Notes: generated from the letters alone by a model not told the origin. A DNA stretch of 64,000 nucleotides from Acidimicrobiales bacterium (GCA_035641315.1 DASQUK010000054.1:348-64347), one strand, 5' to 3'. Positions 45,015 to 54,690 are shown, counted from the first letter of the stretch. Translations and numbers: made by a program.

Positions 45015-45937
45015 GCGGCCAGTGCCGCCAGCCACCCGACGATGTCGGCGCGCAGCTCGGGCGGCCCGAGCACCTCGGCGTGGTCGAGGAAGGTGAGCAC
45101 GAACGAGCGGAAGCTGTCGCGGTTGGTCACCGTCATCGTGACCACCACCGACCCGTCGAGTCGCTCCTCGGCCACGGCGCCGGGGCCGAGGTGCTGCACG
45201 ATCCACGGCGCCTGGGCGGCGTCCACCAGCACCTGGGCGTCGACGGCTTCGTCCTCGCCGATCTGCCACGGCTCGAGCTGGCCGCCGGGCACGGCGGTGG
45301 TGGGCCGCTCGAACCGGGGACCGTCCAGCCGCTCCACCCCGCTCTCGAAGCGGTCCAGCCGGTAGACCCGCTCGTCGTCGCGGGTGTGGTCGAAGCCGCT
45401 GAGGTACCAGCGGCCCCGCAGGAAGTCGAGCCGGTAGGGGTCGACGATGCGGGCCTTGCCCCGGTACGTGAACCGCACCGGCGTCCTGGCGGCGATGGCG
45501 CCGAACAGCGGGCCGACGTGCCCGGCCGGCAGTGCCGCAACGGCCAGACCCATGGCGCCGTCCGCCTCGCCCACCATGCCGCCCAGCTTGAGCAGTCCTT
45601 CGCGGGCCGAGAGCCCGTCGATCTGGACCACCGATGCCGCCAGGTGGAGGGCGGCGAGCTCGTCTGCGTCGAGGCCCGGGTCCCGCAGGTAGTAGCGGTC
45701 CTTGGGGATCCGGTAGCCCTCCACGGCGGGGATGACGCCGGGCACGTCCTGGACCTCGAGCGGCACCCCCATGGCGCGCAGGTCGTCCTTGTCGCGCTCG
45801 AAGGCCCGGCGGAAGGCGTCTGTCTCGTCCGCGTACATGCCCAGCCGGTCGCGGATCTCCAGGGCGGACAGCGGGCGCGGCGTCTCCAGCAGCAGGGCGG
45901 TGAGGTTGAGCAGCCGTTCCAGCTTCGCCGCTGACAT
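45011..45937 (-). CDS. pafB: HTH-WYL transcriptional regulator PafB
   Basis: 308 aa. AKLERLLNLTALLLET HTH, WYL-type VRFTYRGKARIVDPYRLDFLRGRWYLSGF. Confidence 0.88.
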   Translation of the reverse strand: MSAAKLERLLNLTALLLETPRPLSALEIRDRLGMYADETDAFRRAFERDKDDLRAMGVPLEVQDVPGVIPAVEGYRIPKDRYYLRDPGLDADELAALHLAASVVQIDGLSAREGLLKLGGMVGEADGAMGLAVAALPAGHVGPLFGAIAARTPVRFTYRGKARIVDPYRLDFLRGRWYLSGFDHTRDDERVYRLDRFESGVERLDGPRFERPTTAVPGGQLEPWQIGEDEAVDAQVLVDAAQAPWIVQHLGPGAVAEERLDGSVVVTMTVTNRDSFRSFVLTFLDHAEVLGPPELRADIVGWLAALAA

Positions 45938-45948
45938 CGAGCGGAAGG

Positions 45949-46974
45949 CTACCGATGGCGGGTGCGCCGCTGGTCCACCGCCTCGAGTGCGCCGGCGGCC
46001 CAGGCCCCGGCCGCCGACGCCGCCGCGAAGAACAGCGGATCGTCCCCCGGGCCCCGGCCCATCGACGTCACCGTCAGGTCGAGCTTCGCCAGCACCCCGG
46101 CTGCGTCGGGGGCGTCCACCACCGTGGCACCGTCGACCTCGGACGCCAAGGCGGCCGGCAGCGGCACCTCGGGCCGGTGCGCGGCCAGCCGCAGGATGGT
46201 GTGGACGTGGTGGCTCACCCCCCGGTGGCGTTCGCGGGGATCGACGCCCGAGGCCCGCGAGCACAGCGCCACCCTGGCGCCCAGGGCGTGGGCGGCGTCG
46301 ACGATGCCCGCCACCTCGACGGCCGTGGTGCCGAGCGGCGACGCCGTGCCCACCACCCCTGGCCCCATGCCCACGATGGCGAGGTCGGCGCCCGCCACGT
46401 GGCGGGCCAGCGCCAGCGCCGAGGGGACGGACACGGCCTCGAGGTCGCCGCCGAAGGCGTGGCCGGTGGTGATGGTGGTGTCGACGATCCCGCGGGTGTG
46501 CAGGCTGTGGACCAGGTCGGACAGCGCCAGCGGCAGGGCGGCGCCGTCCGTCATGACGTAGGCGATGCGGGCGATCGGCCGCAGGTGGCGCACCACCGCA
46601 GACACCACGCCCACCTGGCTGTGGAGCGAGCACGCCACCAGCGGCATGCCGTCGAGCGCCTCGGGCAGCTCGGTACGGTCCTCGTCGGCAGCGCCGGTGT
46701 CCGCCTGGAGGCTGGTGTAGCGCAGCTTCATGATGTGGCCGGGCCCGGGCCGGGACCAGGCCCGGCGGGCCAAGTTCCAGTGCACGACGTGCCATCCGCC
46801 GGTTCCGAGGCCGAGCTCGACCGCGGTGGTGTTGAGCACCACGGGATCGCCCACCCCCACCGTGCCGATCAGCCCGGTGAGGACGTAGGCCCGGCCCGCG
46901 TCGGTGGCCACCCGCTGCAGACCCTCCCGCTCGGAGAGGATCTCGGTGACCGTGGTGGTGACGAAGCTCGGCAC
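45949..46974 (-). CDS. DUF3866-like protein of unknown function
   Basis: 341 aa. VVLNTTAVELGLGTGGWHVV motif recalled from DUF3866 proteins. Sits between pafA and pafB, 11 nt from the pafB start. Confidence 0.65.
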   Translation of the reverse strand: MPSFVTTTVTEILSEREGLQRVATDAGRAYVLTGLIGTVGVGDPVVLNTTAVELGLGTGGWHVVHWNLARRAWSRPGPGHIMKLRYTSLQADTGAADEDRTELPEALDGMPLVACSLHSQVGVVSAVVRHLRPIARIAYVMTDGAALPLALSDLVHSLHTRGIVDTTITTGHAFGGDLEAVSVPSALALARHVAGADLAIVGMGPGVVGTASPLGTTAVEVAGIVDAAHALGARVALCSRASGVDPRERHRGVSHHVHTILRLAAHRPEVPLPAALASEVDGATVVDAPDAAGVLAKLDLTVTSMGRGPGDDPLFFAAASAAGAWAAGALEAVDQRRTRHR

Positions 46975-47060
46975 CCGGCGACGCTACCCGGCCTGGTACG
47001 AGCGATTCTGCCCGCGCTCGCCGCTCATATCGACCGTGAGCGCGGGCAGAACGCGTCGGG

Positions 47061-48419
47061 CTACAGCCCGGCGATCAGCTTTTCCACCCGCTCGTCGCGG
47101 GACTTGAACGGGTCCTTGCAGAGGACCGTGCGCTGGGCCTGGTCGTTGAGCTTCAGGTGCACCCAGTCGACCGTGTAGTCGCGCTTGCGCTCCTTGGCCC
47201 GGCGGATGAACTCACCCCGAAGCCGGGCCCGGGTGGTCTGCGGCGGCGTCTCAACCGCTTCGTCGATGGCCTCGTCGGTGGTGACCCGATCGACCATGCC
47301 CCGCTCCTGGAGCCGGTAGAACAGGCCGCGCTCGCGGTTGACGTCGTGGTACTGCAGGTCGATGAGGGCGACGCGGGGGTGGCTGAGCGGCAGGTCGTGC
47401 TTGGCGCAGTACGCCTCGATCAGCTTGTGCTTGATCACCCAGTCGCACTCGCGGTCGAGCTTGTACGGGTCGGACTCGAGCACGGTCAGGCAGTGCTCCC
47501 ACATGTCCAGCGCCTGGAGCTCGAGCGGCGACAGGCCCTTGGTCTCGGCGTAGCGCCGCGCCCGGTCCAGGTACTCGCCCTGGATCTCCAGCGCCGAAGC
47601 CTCCCGCCCGTTGGCCAGCCGCACGGTGCGCTTGCCGGACAGGTCGTGACTGATCTCCCGGATGGCCCGGATGGGGTTCTCGAGCGTCATGTCCCGCAGC
47701 ACGAACGACGGGTCCTCCAGCATGCGCAGCAGGATCGACGTGGCCCCCACCTTCAGGAACGTGGCGTACTCGCTCATGTTCGAGTCGCCCACGATCACGT
47801 GGAGGCGCCGGTAGCGCTCGGCGTCGGCATGGGGCTCGTCGCGGGTGTTGATGATCGGCCGGCTGCGTGTCGTGGCCGACGACACGCCCTCCCAGATGTG
47901 CTCGGCCCGCTGGGCGATGCAGTACATGGCGCCCCGGGCGGTCTGCAGCACCTTGCCGGCGCCCGCGTAGATCTGGCGGGACACGAAGAACGGGATCAGC
48001 ACCTCGGCGTAGTGGCTGAAGTCGTCCCGCCGCGACGTGAGGTAGTTCTCGTGGCAGCCGTAGGAGTTGCCGGCGGAGTCGGTGTTGTTCTTGAACAGGT
48101 AGATGACGCCACGGATGCCCTCCTCCCGCAGCCGCTGCTCGGCCGAGACCAGCAGCTGTTCGAGGATCCGCTCCCCGGCCTTGTCGTGCGTGACCAGGTC
48201 GAGGATCGAGTCGCACTCCGGCGTGGCGTACTCGGGGTGGCTGCCCACGTCGAGGTAGAGCCGGGCACCGTTGGCGAGGAAGACGTTGCTGGAGCGGCCC
48301 CACGAGACGACCCGGCGGAACAGGTACCGGGCCACCTCGTCGGGGCTCAGCCGGCGCTGGCCGCGGAGCGTGCAGGTGACGCCGTATTCGTTCTCGAGGC
48401 CGAAGATGCGTCGCTCCAC
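47061..48419 (-). CDS. pafA: Pup--protein ligase PafA
   Basis: (GTG)[13 protein letters not shown]...[19 protein letters not shown]. 452 aa. Confidence 0.95.
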   Translation of the reverse strand: MERRIFGLENEYGVTCTLRGQRRLSPDEVARYLFRRVVSWGRSSNVFLANGARLYLDVGSHPEYATPECDSILDLVTHDKAGERILEQLLVSAEQRLREEGIRGVIYLFKNNTDSAGNSYGCHENYLTSRRDDFSHYAEVLIPFFVSRQIYAGAGKVLQTARGAMYCIAQRAEHIWEGVSSATTRSRPIINTRDEPHADAERYRRLHVIVGDSNMSEYATFLKVGATSILLRMLEDPSFVLRDMTLENPIRAIREISHDLSGKRTVRLANGREASALEIQGEYLDRARRYAETKGLSPLELQALDMWEHCLTVLESDPYKLDRECDWVIKHKLIEAYCAKHDLPLSHPRVALIDLQYHDVNRERGLFYRLQERGMVDRVTTDEAIDEAVETPPQTTRARLRGEFIRRAKERKRDYTVDWVHLKLNDQAQRTVLCKDPFKSRDERVEKLIAGL

Positions 48420-48423
48420 TACT

Positions 48424-48550
48424 TCCCGCTCTTGCTGCTTCGCAGCGGGCCGCTCGGGCTCCGACGCTGTGTCTCACGCTCTTGCCGCCTGCGGCGGCGG
48501 GCCGCTCGGGCCCTGGGCTCGCTCTCTCGCCCTACGGGACGCTCGCTCAT
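48424..48550 (+). repeat. R1 repeat dimer plus tail module
   Basis: Units at 48424-48457 (GCTGC-ttc-GCAGC) and 48474-48509 (GCCGCC-tgc-GGCGGC). Tail cctgggctcgctctctcgccctacgggacgctcgctcatg. Confidence 0.9.
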
Positions 48551-48607
48551 GTCATCGCACGCTACCGCCGCATCGCATGCAACCGAGGTGCGGGTACGGT
48601 CGCGAGC

Positions 48608-48814
48608 ATGGCGATTGGCCCGATGGTGCCGCTGACCACCGCCGCCAATCCGATGGCGGCCCGGATCCTCGCCGCCCACCTCGGTGCCGAGGGCATCGTG
48701 TGGCAGCTGCGCGGCGACGTCGACGGGCCCTACCCGGTGGGCCCCGTCGAGGTCCTGGTGCCGGCCGCCGACCTCGAAGTGGCCCGGATCATCGTCGGCC
48801 TCGACGAGGACTGA
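48608..48814 (+). CDS. small DUF2007-like protein (opposite strand within the proteasome operon)
   Basis: 68 aa, GC3-rich. NPMAARILAAHLGAEGIVWQL...VEVLVPAADLEVARIIV resembles the putative signal-transducing DUF2007 pattern. Confidence 0.45.
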   Translation: MAIGPMVPLTTAANPMAARILAAHLGAEGIVWQLRGDVDGPYPVGPVEVLVPAADLEVARIIVGLDED

Positions 48815-48817
48815 CCT

Positions 48818-49597
48818 TCAGGCCTGGCTGTCCTCGCCGTCGCCGCTCGCCGGCGGCTCGCTGGGGGTGGCCTCGGCGGGCGGCGTCACCTCGGGCGGGG
48901 TCTCGACCTTGACCTCGCCGCCGGACAGGGCCGCGGCCGTGGCGTCGTCGCCCAGGCGCTGGAACGCCCGCCGCCCGTTGCCCCGGGCCATGACGGCCAC
49001 CTCCAGCTCCGCCGGCGCCAGCGTGCGGCCCGGGCCGGCCAGCGCCGCCACGGCGGCCCGGAGCGCGGCGTCGAGGGCCAGGCCCGGCTGGTAGGTGTCC
49101 TTGAGCCGCGCCGCGATGGCATCGGCCTCGCCCCCCAGCACCGTGAAGCCGGTCTCGTCGACCACCGTGCCGTCGTAGAGGATGTGGAACAGCCGGTCGC
49201 CGTCGGGGTCGGTGCCCACCTCGGCCACCACGATCTCGACCTCCATGGGCTTGATCTCGTGGGTGAACACGTCGCCCAGCATCTGGGCGTAGGCGTTGGC
49301 CAGGCTCTGGGCGTCGACGTCCTCACGGCTGAACGAGTAGCCCTTGAGGTCGGCGTGCCGGACGCCGGCGATGCGCAGCCGGTCGTACTCGTTGTACTTG
49401 CCTGCGCCCGCGAACGCGATGCGGTCGTAGATCTCGCTGATCTTGTGCAGCGTCGACGACGAGTTCTCGGCGCAGATGAGGATGCCGTCCGCGTAGAGAA
49501 GCGCGGCCAGGGCCTTGCCCCGCGCGATGCCCTTGCGCGCGAAGTCGGCCTTGTCCTTCATCATCTGCTCGGCGGGGACGTAGATCGACATGCTCAT
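48818..49597 (-). CDS. prcA: proteasome subunit alpha
   Basis: 259 aa. YVPAEQMMKDKADFARKGIARG...ISEIYDRIAFAGAGKYNEYD. Confidence 0.95.
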   Translation of the reverse strand: MSMSIYVPAEQMMKDKADFARKGIARGKALAALLYADGILICAENSSSTLHKISEIYDRIAFAGAGKYNEYDRLRIAGVRHADLKGYSFSREDVDAQSLANAYAQMLGDVFTHEIKPMEVEIVVAEVGTDPDGDRLFHILYDGTVVDETGFTVLGGEADAIAARLKDTYQPGLALDAALRAAVAALAGPGRTLAPAELEVAVMARGNGRRAFQRLGDDATAAALSGGEVKVETPPEVTPPAEATPSEPPASGDGEDSQA

Positions 49598-50442
49598 CGG
49601 GCGGGGCCTCCGTCGCTCGCGGTCGGGCTGACGCCGACGCTGGTGGTGCTGCCGGGGATCGACAGGCGGTCGACCAGCGCCCGGAACCGGCCGGCGACGT
49701 CCTCGTCCTCGAGGCGGGCGAACCCGTCGGCGGTGATGGTGGCCACGACCGGGAAGATGCCCCGCACCAGGTCGGGCCCGCCGGTGGCCGCGTCCTCGTC
49801 GGCCGCCTGGAACAGGGCGTTGATCGCCAGCTCGATGGCCGCGTCACGGTCGAGATCCGGCTTGTAGCCGATCTTGATGACGGTGCCCGCGTGCAGGCTG
49901 CCGGACCCGGTGGCGGCGAACTCGCTCTCCTCGTAGCGGCCGCCGGTCACGTCGTACTCGAACAGCCGGCCGGTGCCCCGCTTGGTGTCGAACCCGGCGA
50001 ACAGGGGCACAACCGCGAAGCCCTGCAAGGCTGCGGGCAGGTGGCTGCGCACCATCCCCGCCAGCTGGTTGGCCTTGCCGTCGAGCGACAGCTCGGCGCC
50101 CTCGACCTTCTCGTAGTGCTCGAGCTGGAGCTGGAACAGCTTGACCATCTCGACCGCGGGGCCGGCGGCGCCGGCGATGGCGACCCCGGAATGCCGGTCG
50201 GCGGGGAACACCTTCTCCATCGAGCGGTGACTTATGAAGCCGCCGGCGGTCGCCCGCCGGTCACCGGCCATGACCACGCCGTCGGCGTAGCGGATCGCCA
50301 CGACCGTGGTGCCGTGGGTGATCTCATGGGGTTGGAGCTCACGAGGCAGATCGGCCCAGCGGGGCTCGACCCCGGCGCGTTTGAGGACTTCGAGGAAGGA
50401 CGGGCCGGGATCGTCATCGGCGCGGAACAGCGGGAGGGTCAT
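49594..50442 (-). CDS. prcB: proteasome subunit beta (with propeptide)
   Basis: ...ITHG/TTVVAIRYADGVVMAGDRRAT, active-site Thr after the propeptide. ATGA overlap with prcA. Confidence 0.95.
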   Translation of the reverse strand: MTLPLFRADDDPGPSFLEVLKRAGVEPRWADLPRELQPHEITHGTTVVAIRYADGVVMAGDRRATAGGFISHRSMEKVFPADRHSGVAIAGAAGPAVEMVKLFQLQLEHYEKVEGAELSLDGKANQLAGMVRSHLPAALQGFAVVPLFAGFDTKRGTGRLFEYDVTGGRYEESEFAATGSGSLHAGTVIKIGYKPDLDRDAAIELAINALFQAADEDAATGGPDLVRGIFPVVATITADGFARLEDEDVAGRFRALVDRLSIPGSTTSVGVSPTASDGGPAR

Positions 50443-50513
50443 CGCAGCGGAGGCTACCGGCTGTCCGCACGACCGGAGTCATGGCTCACCGGCCACGTCG
50501 GCCGATCCGTGGC

Positions 50514-50544
50514 GCCGAACTGGTTGGCCAGCCACCAATTCCGC
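50514..50544. repeat. R5-related copy in the pup-prcB spacer
   Basis: gccgaactggttggccagccaccaattccgc, compared with gccgaactggttgctcggcaaccacttcggc at 29557. Confidence 0.6.
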
Positions 50545-50570
50545 TCCCGGAACCGACCGAAAACCACGCA

Positions 50571-50597
50571 GGCGCCTCCCCGGTCCAGGGAGGCGCC
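50571..50597 (-). promoter_or_regulatory. 10-bp-stem hairpin between pup and prcB (attenuator/terminator candidate)
   Basis: GGCGCCTCCC-cggtcca-GGGAGGCGCC. Confidence 0.5.
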
Positions 50598-50610
50598 AGA
50601 TCTACGCCAT

Positions 50611-50642
50611 ACCTATGCCAGGCCGAACCTATGCCAGGCCGA
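50611..50642. repeat. 16-bp direct tandem repeat x2
   Basis: acctatgccaggccga repeated back to back, about 30 nt downstream of the pup stop. Confidence 0.8.
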
Positions 50643-50672
50643 CCGCCATCAGGACGTCATGTCATCCGATGG

Positions 50673-50870
50673 CTACTGACCGCCTTTCTGGACGTATGCC
50701 TTGACGAACTCCTCGGCATTGACCTCGAGCACCTCGTCGATCTCGTCCAGCAGGTCGTCGAGCTCCGCCTTGATCTTCTCGCCTTGCTCCGAGGTAGCGG
50801 GCGCCTCCTCGACGACCTCTTCCTCGCGAACGGGGGTGGATGCCTTGCGCTTCTGCTCTCGTTCAGCCAT
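50673..50870 (-). CDS. pup: prokaryotic ubiquitin-like protein Pup
   Basis: 65 aa. Acidic, ...LDEIDEVLEVNAEEFVKAYVQKGGQ (C-terminal GGQ). Confidence 0.95.
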   Translation of the reverse strand: MAEREQKRKASTPVREEEVVEEAPATSEQGEKIKAELDDLLDEIDEVLEVNAEEFVKAYVQKGGQ

Positions 50871-50909
50871 GTGCCCCGTACCTTCCTATTGGCCCCTAAT
50901 GGCCCAGCC

Positions 50910-52427
50910 CTACTGGCCCAGCCGGTCCAACAACTCAGCGACACTGCTGCTCTCGGCCATCAACTTACCCACGTGTGCTTCGGTTCCGCGCGTCGGGTCC
51001 ATCATGGGCACCCGCCGCAGCGGGTCGCCACCGATGTCGAACACCATCGAGTCCCAGTTGGCGGCCACGATCTGCGGCGCCCAGCGCTGCAGGCACATCC
51101 CCCGGAAATAGGCCCGGGTGTCGCGGGGCGGCTCGGTCACCGCCCGCAAGACCTCGTCGTCGGTGGTCAGGCGTTCCAGCCCCACCCGTGACGCCAGGCC
51201 CCGCTCGGCCCGCAGGTCGTGGTACTGCAGGTCCATGGCCGCGAGGCGGGCGTCGTCCCAGCGCAGGTCGTGCTTGGCGCGGTAGCCGTCGATCAGCCGG
51301 TGCTTGGCCGCCCAGTCGACCTGCCGGGACACCGACGCCGGCTCGGTCTCGAGGCCCGTGAGCACGTGCTCCCACAGCCGCAGTACCTCGGCACCGACGT
51401 CCAGCGGCCCGATGCAGTCGAGCCCGTGCTCCTCGGCGTACTTCTTGGCCCGGTCGAGGTACTCCCACTGCATCTCGACCGCGGTCATGGTGGTGCCGTC
51501 GGCCAGGTCGAGCGGCTGGCGCAGCGACAGGTCGTGCGACACCCGGCGCAGGGCCGCCACGGGGGCGGCCAGGGTGAGGTCCCGGGGCAGGAACTCGTCC
51601 TCGATCATCGACAGCACCAGCGCGGTGGTGCCCACCTTGAGGAAGGTGGCGACCTCGGACAGGTTGGCGTCGCCCACGATCACGTGCAGCCGCCGGTAGC
51701 GCTGTGCGTCGGCGTGGGGCTCGTCGCGGGTGTTGACGATCGGCCGCTTGAGCGTGGTCTCGAGGCCGACCTCCTCCTCGAAGAAGTCGGCCCGCTGCGT
51801 GAGCTGGAAGGGCACGTCGTCGGAGGTCAGGCCGGCAACCTCGGTGCCCACCTTGCCGGCGCCCGTGAACACTTGGCGGCTGATGAAGTGCGGCATCACG
51901 TGGGTGACGATGCGCGAGAACGGCACCTGGCGATCCATCAGGTAGTTCTCGTGGCAGCCGTAGGAGTTGCCCTTGCGGTCGGAGTTGTTCTTGTAGACCA
52001 CGATCTCCTGCCCCTCGGGGAGCAGGTCGCGGGCGACCCGCATCGAGCGCTGCAGGATGATCTCGGCCGCCTTGTCGAACACCACGACCGAGCGAGGGTC
52101 CGCGCACTCGGGCGTGGACAGCTCGGGGTGGGCGTGGTCGACGTAGTATCGGGCGCCGTTGGTCAGCACGGCGTTGACCAAGTGGGTCTCGACCTCGGGG
52201 GCCAGCGATCCCTCGGCCGTGAAGCCGCGGGCGTCGATGTCGGGGTGCTCGTCCTCGAAGTCCCAGCCCACCTTGGGGTTGTCGCGGGGACCGGCCCCGG
52301 CCCGGGCCAGCTCGTGGACGTAGGCGTTGATCAGGACCGACGACGCCGCGATGGGGTTGGACTCCCCCGCCCCGCGCACGATGATGCCGAACTCGGTCTC
52401 GACACCGACGATCTTGCGCAAGGCCAC
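50910..52427 (-). CDS. dop: Pup deamidase/depupylase Dop
   Basis: GTG 52427. RKIVGVETEFGI...GARYYVDHAHPELSTPEC. Paralogous to PafA. Confidence 0.93.
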   Translation of the reverse strand: MALRKIVGVETEFGIIVRGAGESNPIAASSVLINAYVHELARAGAGPRDNPKVGWDFEDEHPDIDARGFTAEGSLAPEVETHLVNAVLTNGARYYVDHAHPELSTPECADPRSVVVFDKAAEIILQRSMRVARDLLPEGQEIVVYKNNSDRKGNSYGCHENYLMDRQVPFSRIVTHVMPHFISRQVFTGAGKVGTEVAGLTSDDVPFQLTQRADFFEEEVGLETTLKRPIVNTRDEPHADAQRYRRLHVIVGDANLSEVATFLKVGTTALVLSMIEDEFLPRDLTLAAPVAALRRVSHDLSLRQPLDLADGTTMTAVEMQWEYLDRAKKYAEEHGLDCIGPLDVGAEVLRLWEHVLTGLETEPASVSRQVDWAAKHRLIDGYRAKHDLRWDDARLAAMDLQYHDLRAERGLASRVGLERLTTDDEVLRAVTEPPRDTRAYFRGMCLQRWAPQIVAANWDSMVFDIGGDPLRRVPMMDPTRGTEAHVGKLMAESSSVAELLDRLGQ

Positions 52428-52477
52428 GTCTGGGACGTTACCCGCCTGGTGTGGCAAGCGAGTCGCCCGCCCCCTGC

Positions 52478-52864
52478 CTAGCAGCCGCCTGAATCCACAT
52501 CTGTGAGGACCGTGCCGTCGCCCCGCAGCTCGGCCGTGACACACCGGGCCTGGATCCCCCAGCGCGTCTCCACCGCCACGACCACGGGACCGTCCTCGTC
52601 GGGACGGGCGGATCCGACGACCCGGCCGGGCAGGTCATCGACAACTTCTGCCGCCAGCGACTCGATCGTGCTCCGGGTGCCGGGATAGCCGGCCAGGGTC
52701 TCGTCCGACACGGCGGCCAAGTCCTCGCGCACGGCCCGACGGATTCGCTCGGCCCGGTCGTCGGCGACGTTGCTCATGGCCATGTTCCCGAGCACTCCAC
52801 CCACGACCAGCACGCCGCCCACGACCAGGATGATCGCCAAGCGGCCCTCCTTGGTCTCGGTCAA
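52478..52864 (-). CDS. hypothetical membrane-anchored protein
   Basis: TTG 52864 is the first start after the arc stop. TM LAIILVVGGVLVVGGVLG, then a soluble domain. Start uncertain. Confidence 0.4.
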   Translation of the reverse strand: MTETKEGRLAIILVVGGVLVVGGVLGNMAMSNVADDRAERIRRAVREDLAAVSDETLAGYPGTRSTIESLAAEVVDDLPGRVVGSARPDEDGPVVVAVETRWGIQARCVTAELRGDGTVLTDVDSGGC

Positions 52865-52914
52865 ACCTCGGAGGCGCGTCGTGGGCTCCGGACGCTTGAG
52901 CCGCTCGGGCGGCG

Positions 52915-54690
52915 CTACAGGTACTGGCCGGTGGCGACCCGCTCGATGCTGCGGCCGCCGGTGGCGCTGCCGTCGTCGCGGTTGACGATGGTGCGCACGT
53001 AGACGATGCGCTCGCCCTTCTTGCCGGAGATCTTGGCCCAGTCGTCGGGGTTGGTGGTGTTGGGCAGGTCCTCGTGCTCCTTGTACTCCTGGTGGATCGA
53101 CTCCACCAGGTCGCCGACCCGGATGCCCTTGCGCCCCTCGGCCAAGTGCCGCTTGATCGCCAGCTTCTTGGCCCGCCGCACGATGTTCTCGATCATGGCC
53201 CCGGACGCGAAGTCCTTGAAGTACATGATCTCCTTGTCGCCGTTCTGGTAGGTGACCTCGAGGAACTCGTTCTCCTGGTCGGAGCGGTACATCTCCTCGA
53301 CGGTGCGCTCGATCATCGCCTGCACGCACTTGGACGGGTCGTTGCCGCCCAGCTCGCGCACGTCGTCGGGGTCGAGCGGCAGGTCGGTGGTGAGGTAGCG
53401 GGCGAAGATCTGCGCCGCCGCCGCCTCGTTGGGCCGCTCGATCTTGATCTTCACATCCAGCCGGCCGGGCCGCAGGATGGCGGGGTCGATCAGGTCCTCG
53501 CGGTTGGAGGCGCCGATGACGATGACGTTGCGGAGCGACTCCACGCCGTCGATCTCGGCGAGCAGCTGCGGGACGATGGTCGACTCCACGTCGGAGCTGA
53601 TGCCGCTGCCCCGGGTGCGGAACATCGAGTCCATCTCGTCGAAGAACACGATGACGGGCCAGCCTTCCTCGGACTTCTCCCGGGCCCGCTGGAACACCAG
53701 GCGGATCTGGCGCTCGGTCTCGCCGACGTACTTGTTGAGCAGCTCGGGGCCCTTGATGTTGAGGAAGTAGCTCTTGGCCTTGGCGTCGACCGACTGGTTG
53801 CCCACCTTCTTGGCCAGGCTGTTGGCCACAGCCTTGGCGATGAGCGTCTTGCCGCAGCCCGGCGGCCCGTAGAGGAGGATGCCCTTGGGCGCCGGCAGCT
53901 TGTGCTCGGCGAACAGCTCCTGGTGCAGGAACGGCAGCTCGACCGCGTCCGCGATCTGCTCGATCTGCTCGTCGAGGCCGCCGATGTCCTCGTAGGAGAT
54001 GTCGGGCACCTCCTCGAGCACCAGCTCCTCGACCTCGGGGCGGGGCAGCTTCTCGAGCAGCAGGCCCGAGCGCGGGTCCATGAGCACCGAGTCCCCGGCC
54101 CGGAGACGGTCGACCTTGAGCCCCTCGGACAGGTCGGCGACCCGCTCCTCCTCGGCCCGGCCGACGATGATCGCCCGGAGCCCGTCATCGAGCAGCTCCT
54201 TGACCGTCACGACCTCGCCGGTGGTCTCGGGCGTGCGGGCCATGACGACGTTGAGCGACTCGTTGAGCACGACCTCGCCGCCGCGGACCAGCTCGTTCTC
54301 GTCGAGGGCGGGGTGGACGGCTACCCGCATCTTGCGCCCGCCGGAGAAGACGTCGACCGTGCCGTCGTCGTTGTGCGACAGAAGGGTGCCGTAGGCGGAC
54401 GGGGGCTGGGTGAGCTTGTCGACCTCCTCGCGCAGGGCGCCGATGTGCTCGCGCGCCTCGCGGAGGGTGTAGGTGAGCTTCTCGTTCTGGGCCACGGCCT
54501 GGGCCAGCTGGCCCTTGGTCTCGAGCAGGCGCTCCTCGAGCGTGCGGACCCGCTTGGGCGCGTCCTGCAGCCGCCGCCGGAGCGCGAGGACCTCTTCTTC
54601 CAGGGCGCGGATCTCGTCGTGCTGCCCGGCCCCGTCGGCCTCCGCCGCGGACCGACGGCCTTGGTCGCGTTGCTCGTCGACGGTGACCAC
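52915..54690 (-). CDS. arc: proteasome-associated AAA ATPase ARC/Mpa
   Basis: Coiled-coil N-terminus, OB region, Walker A GPPGCGKT, Walker [11 protein letters not shown]-terminal GQYL. Start GTG 54690 or ATG 54810; the latter would translate repeat R3. Confidence 0.93.
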   Translation of the reverse strand: MVTVDEQRDQGRRSAAEADGAGQHDEIRALEEEVLALRRRLQDAPKRVRTLEERLLETKGQLAQAVAQNEKLTYTLREAREHIGALREEVDKLTQPPSAYGTLLSHNDDGTVDVFSGGRKMRVAVHPALDENELVRGGEVVLNESLNVVMARTPETTGEVVTVKELLDDGLRAIIVGRAEEERVADLSEGLKVDRLRAGDSVLMDPRSGLLLEKLPRPEVEELVLEEVPDISYEDIGGLDEQIEQIADAVELPFLHQELFAEHKLPAPKGILLYGPPGCGKTLIAKAVANSLAKKVGNQSVDAKAKSYFLNIKGPELLNKYVGETERQIRLVFQRAREKSEEGWPVIVFFDEMDSMFRTRGSGISSDVESTIVPQLLAEIDGVESLRNVIVIGASNREDLIDPAILRPGRLDVKIKIERPNEAAAAQIFARYLTTDLPLDPDDVRELGGNDPSKCVQAMIERTVEEMYRSDQENEFLEVTYQNGDKEIMYFKDFASGAMIENIVRRAKKLAIKRHLAEGRKGIRVGDLVESIHQEYKEHEDLPNTTNPDDWAKISGKKGERIVYVRTIVNRDDGSATGGRSIERVATGQYL

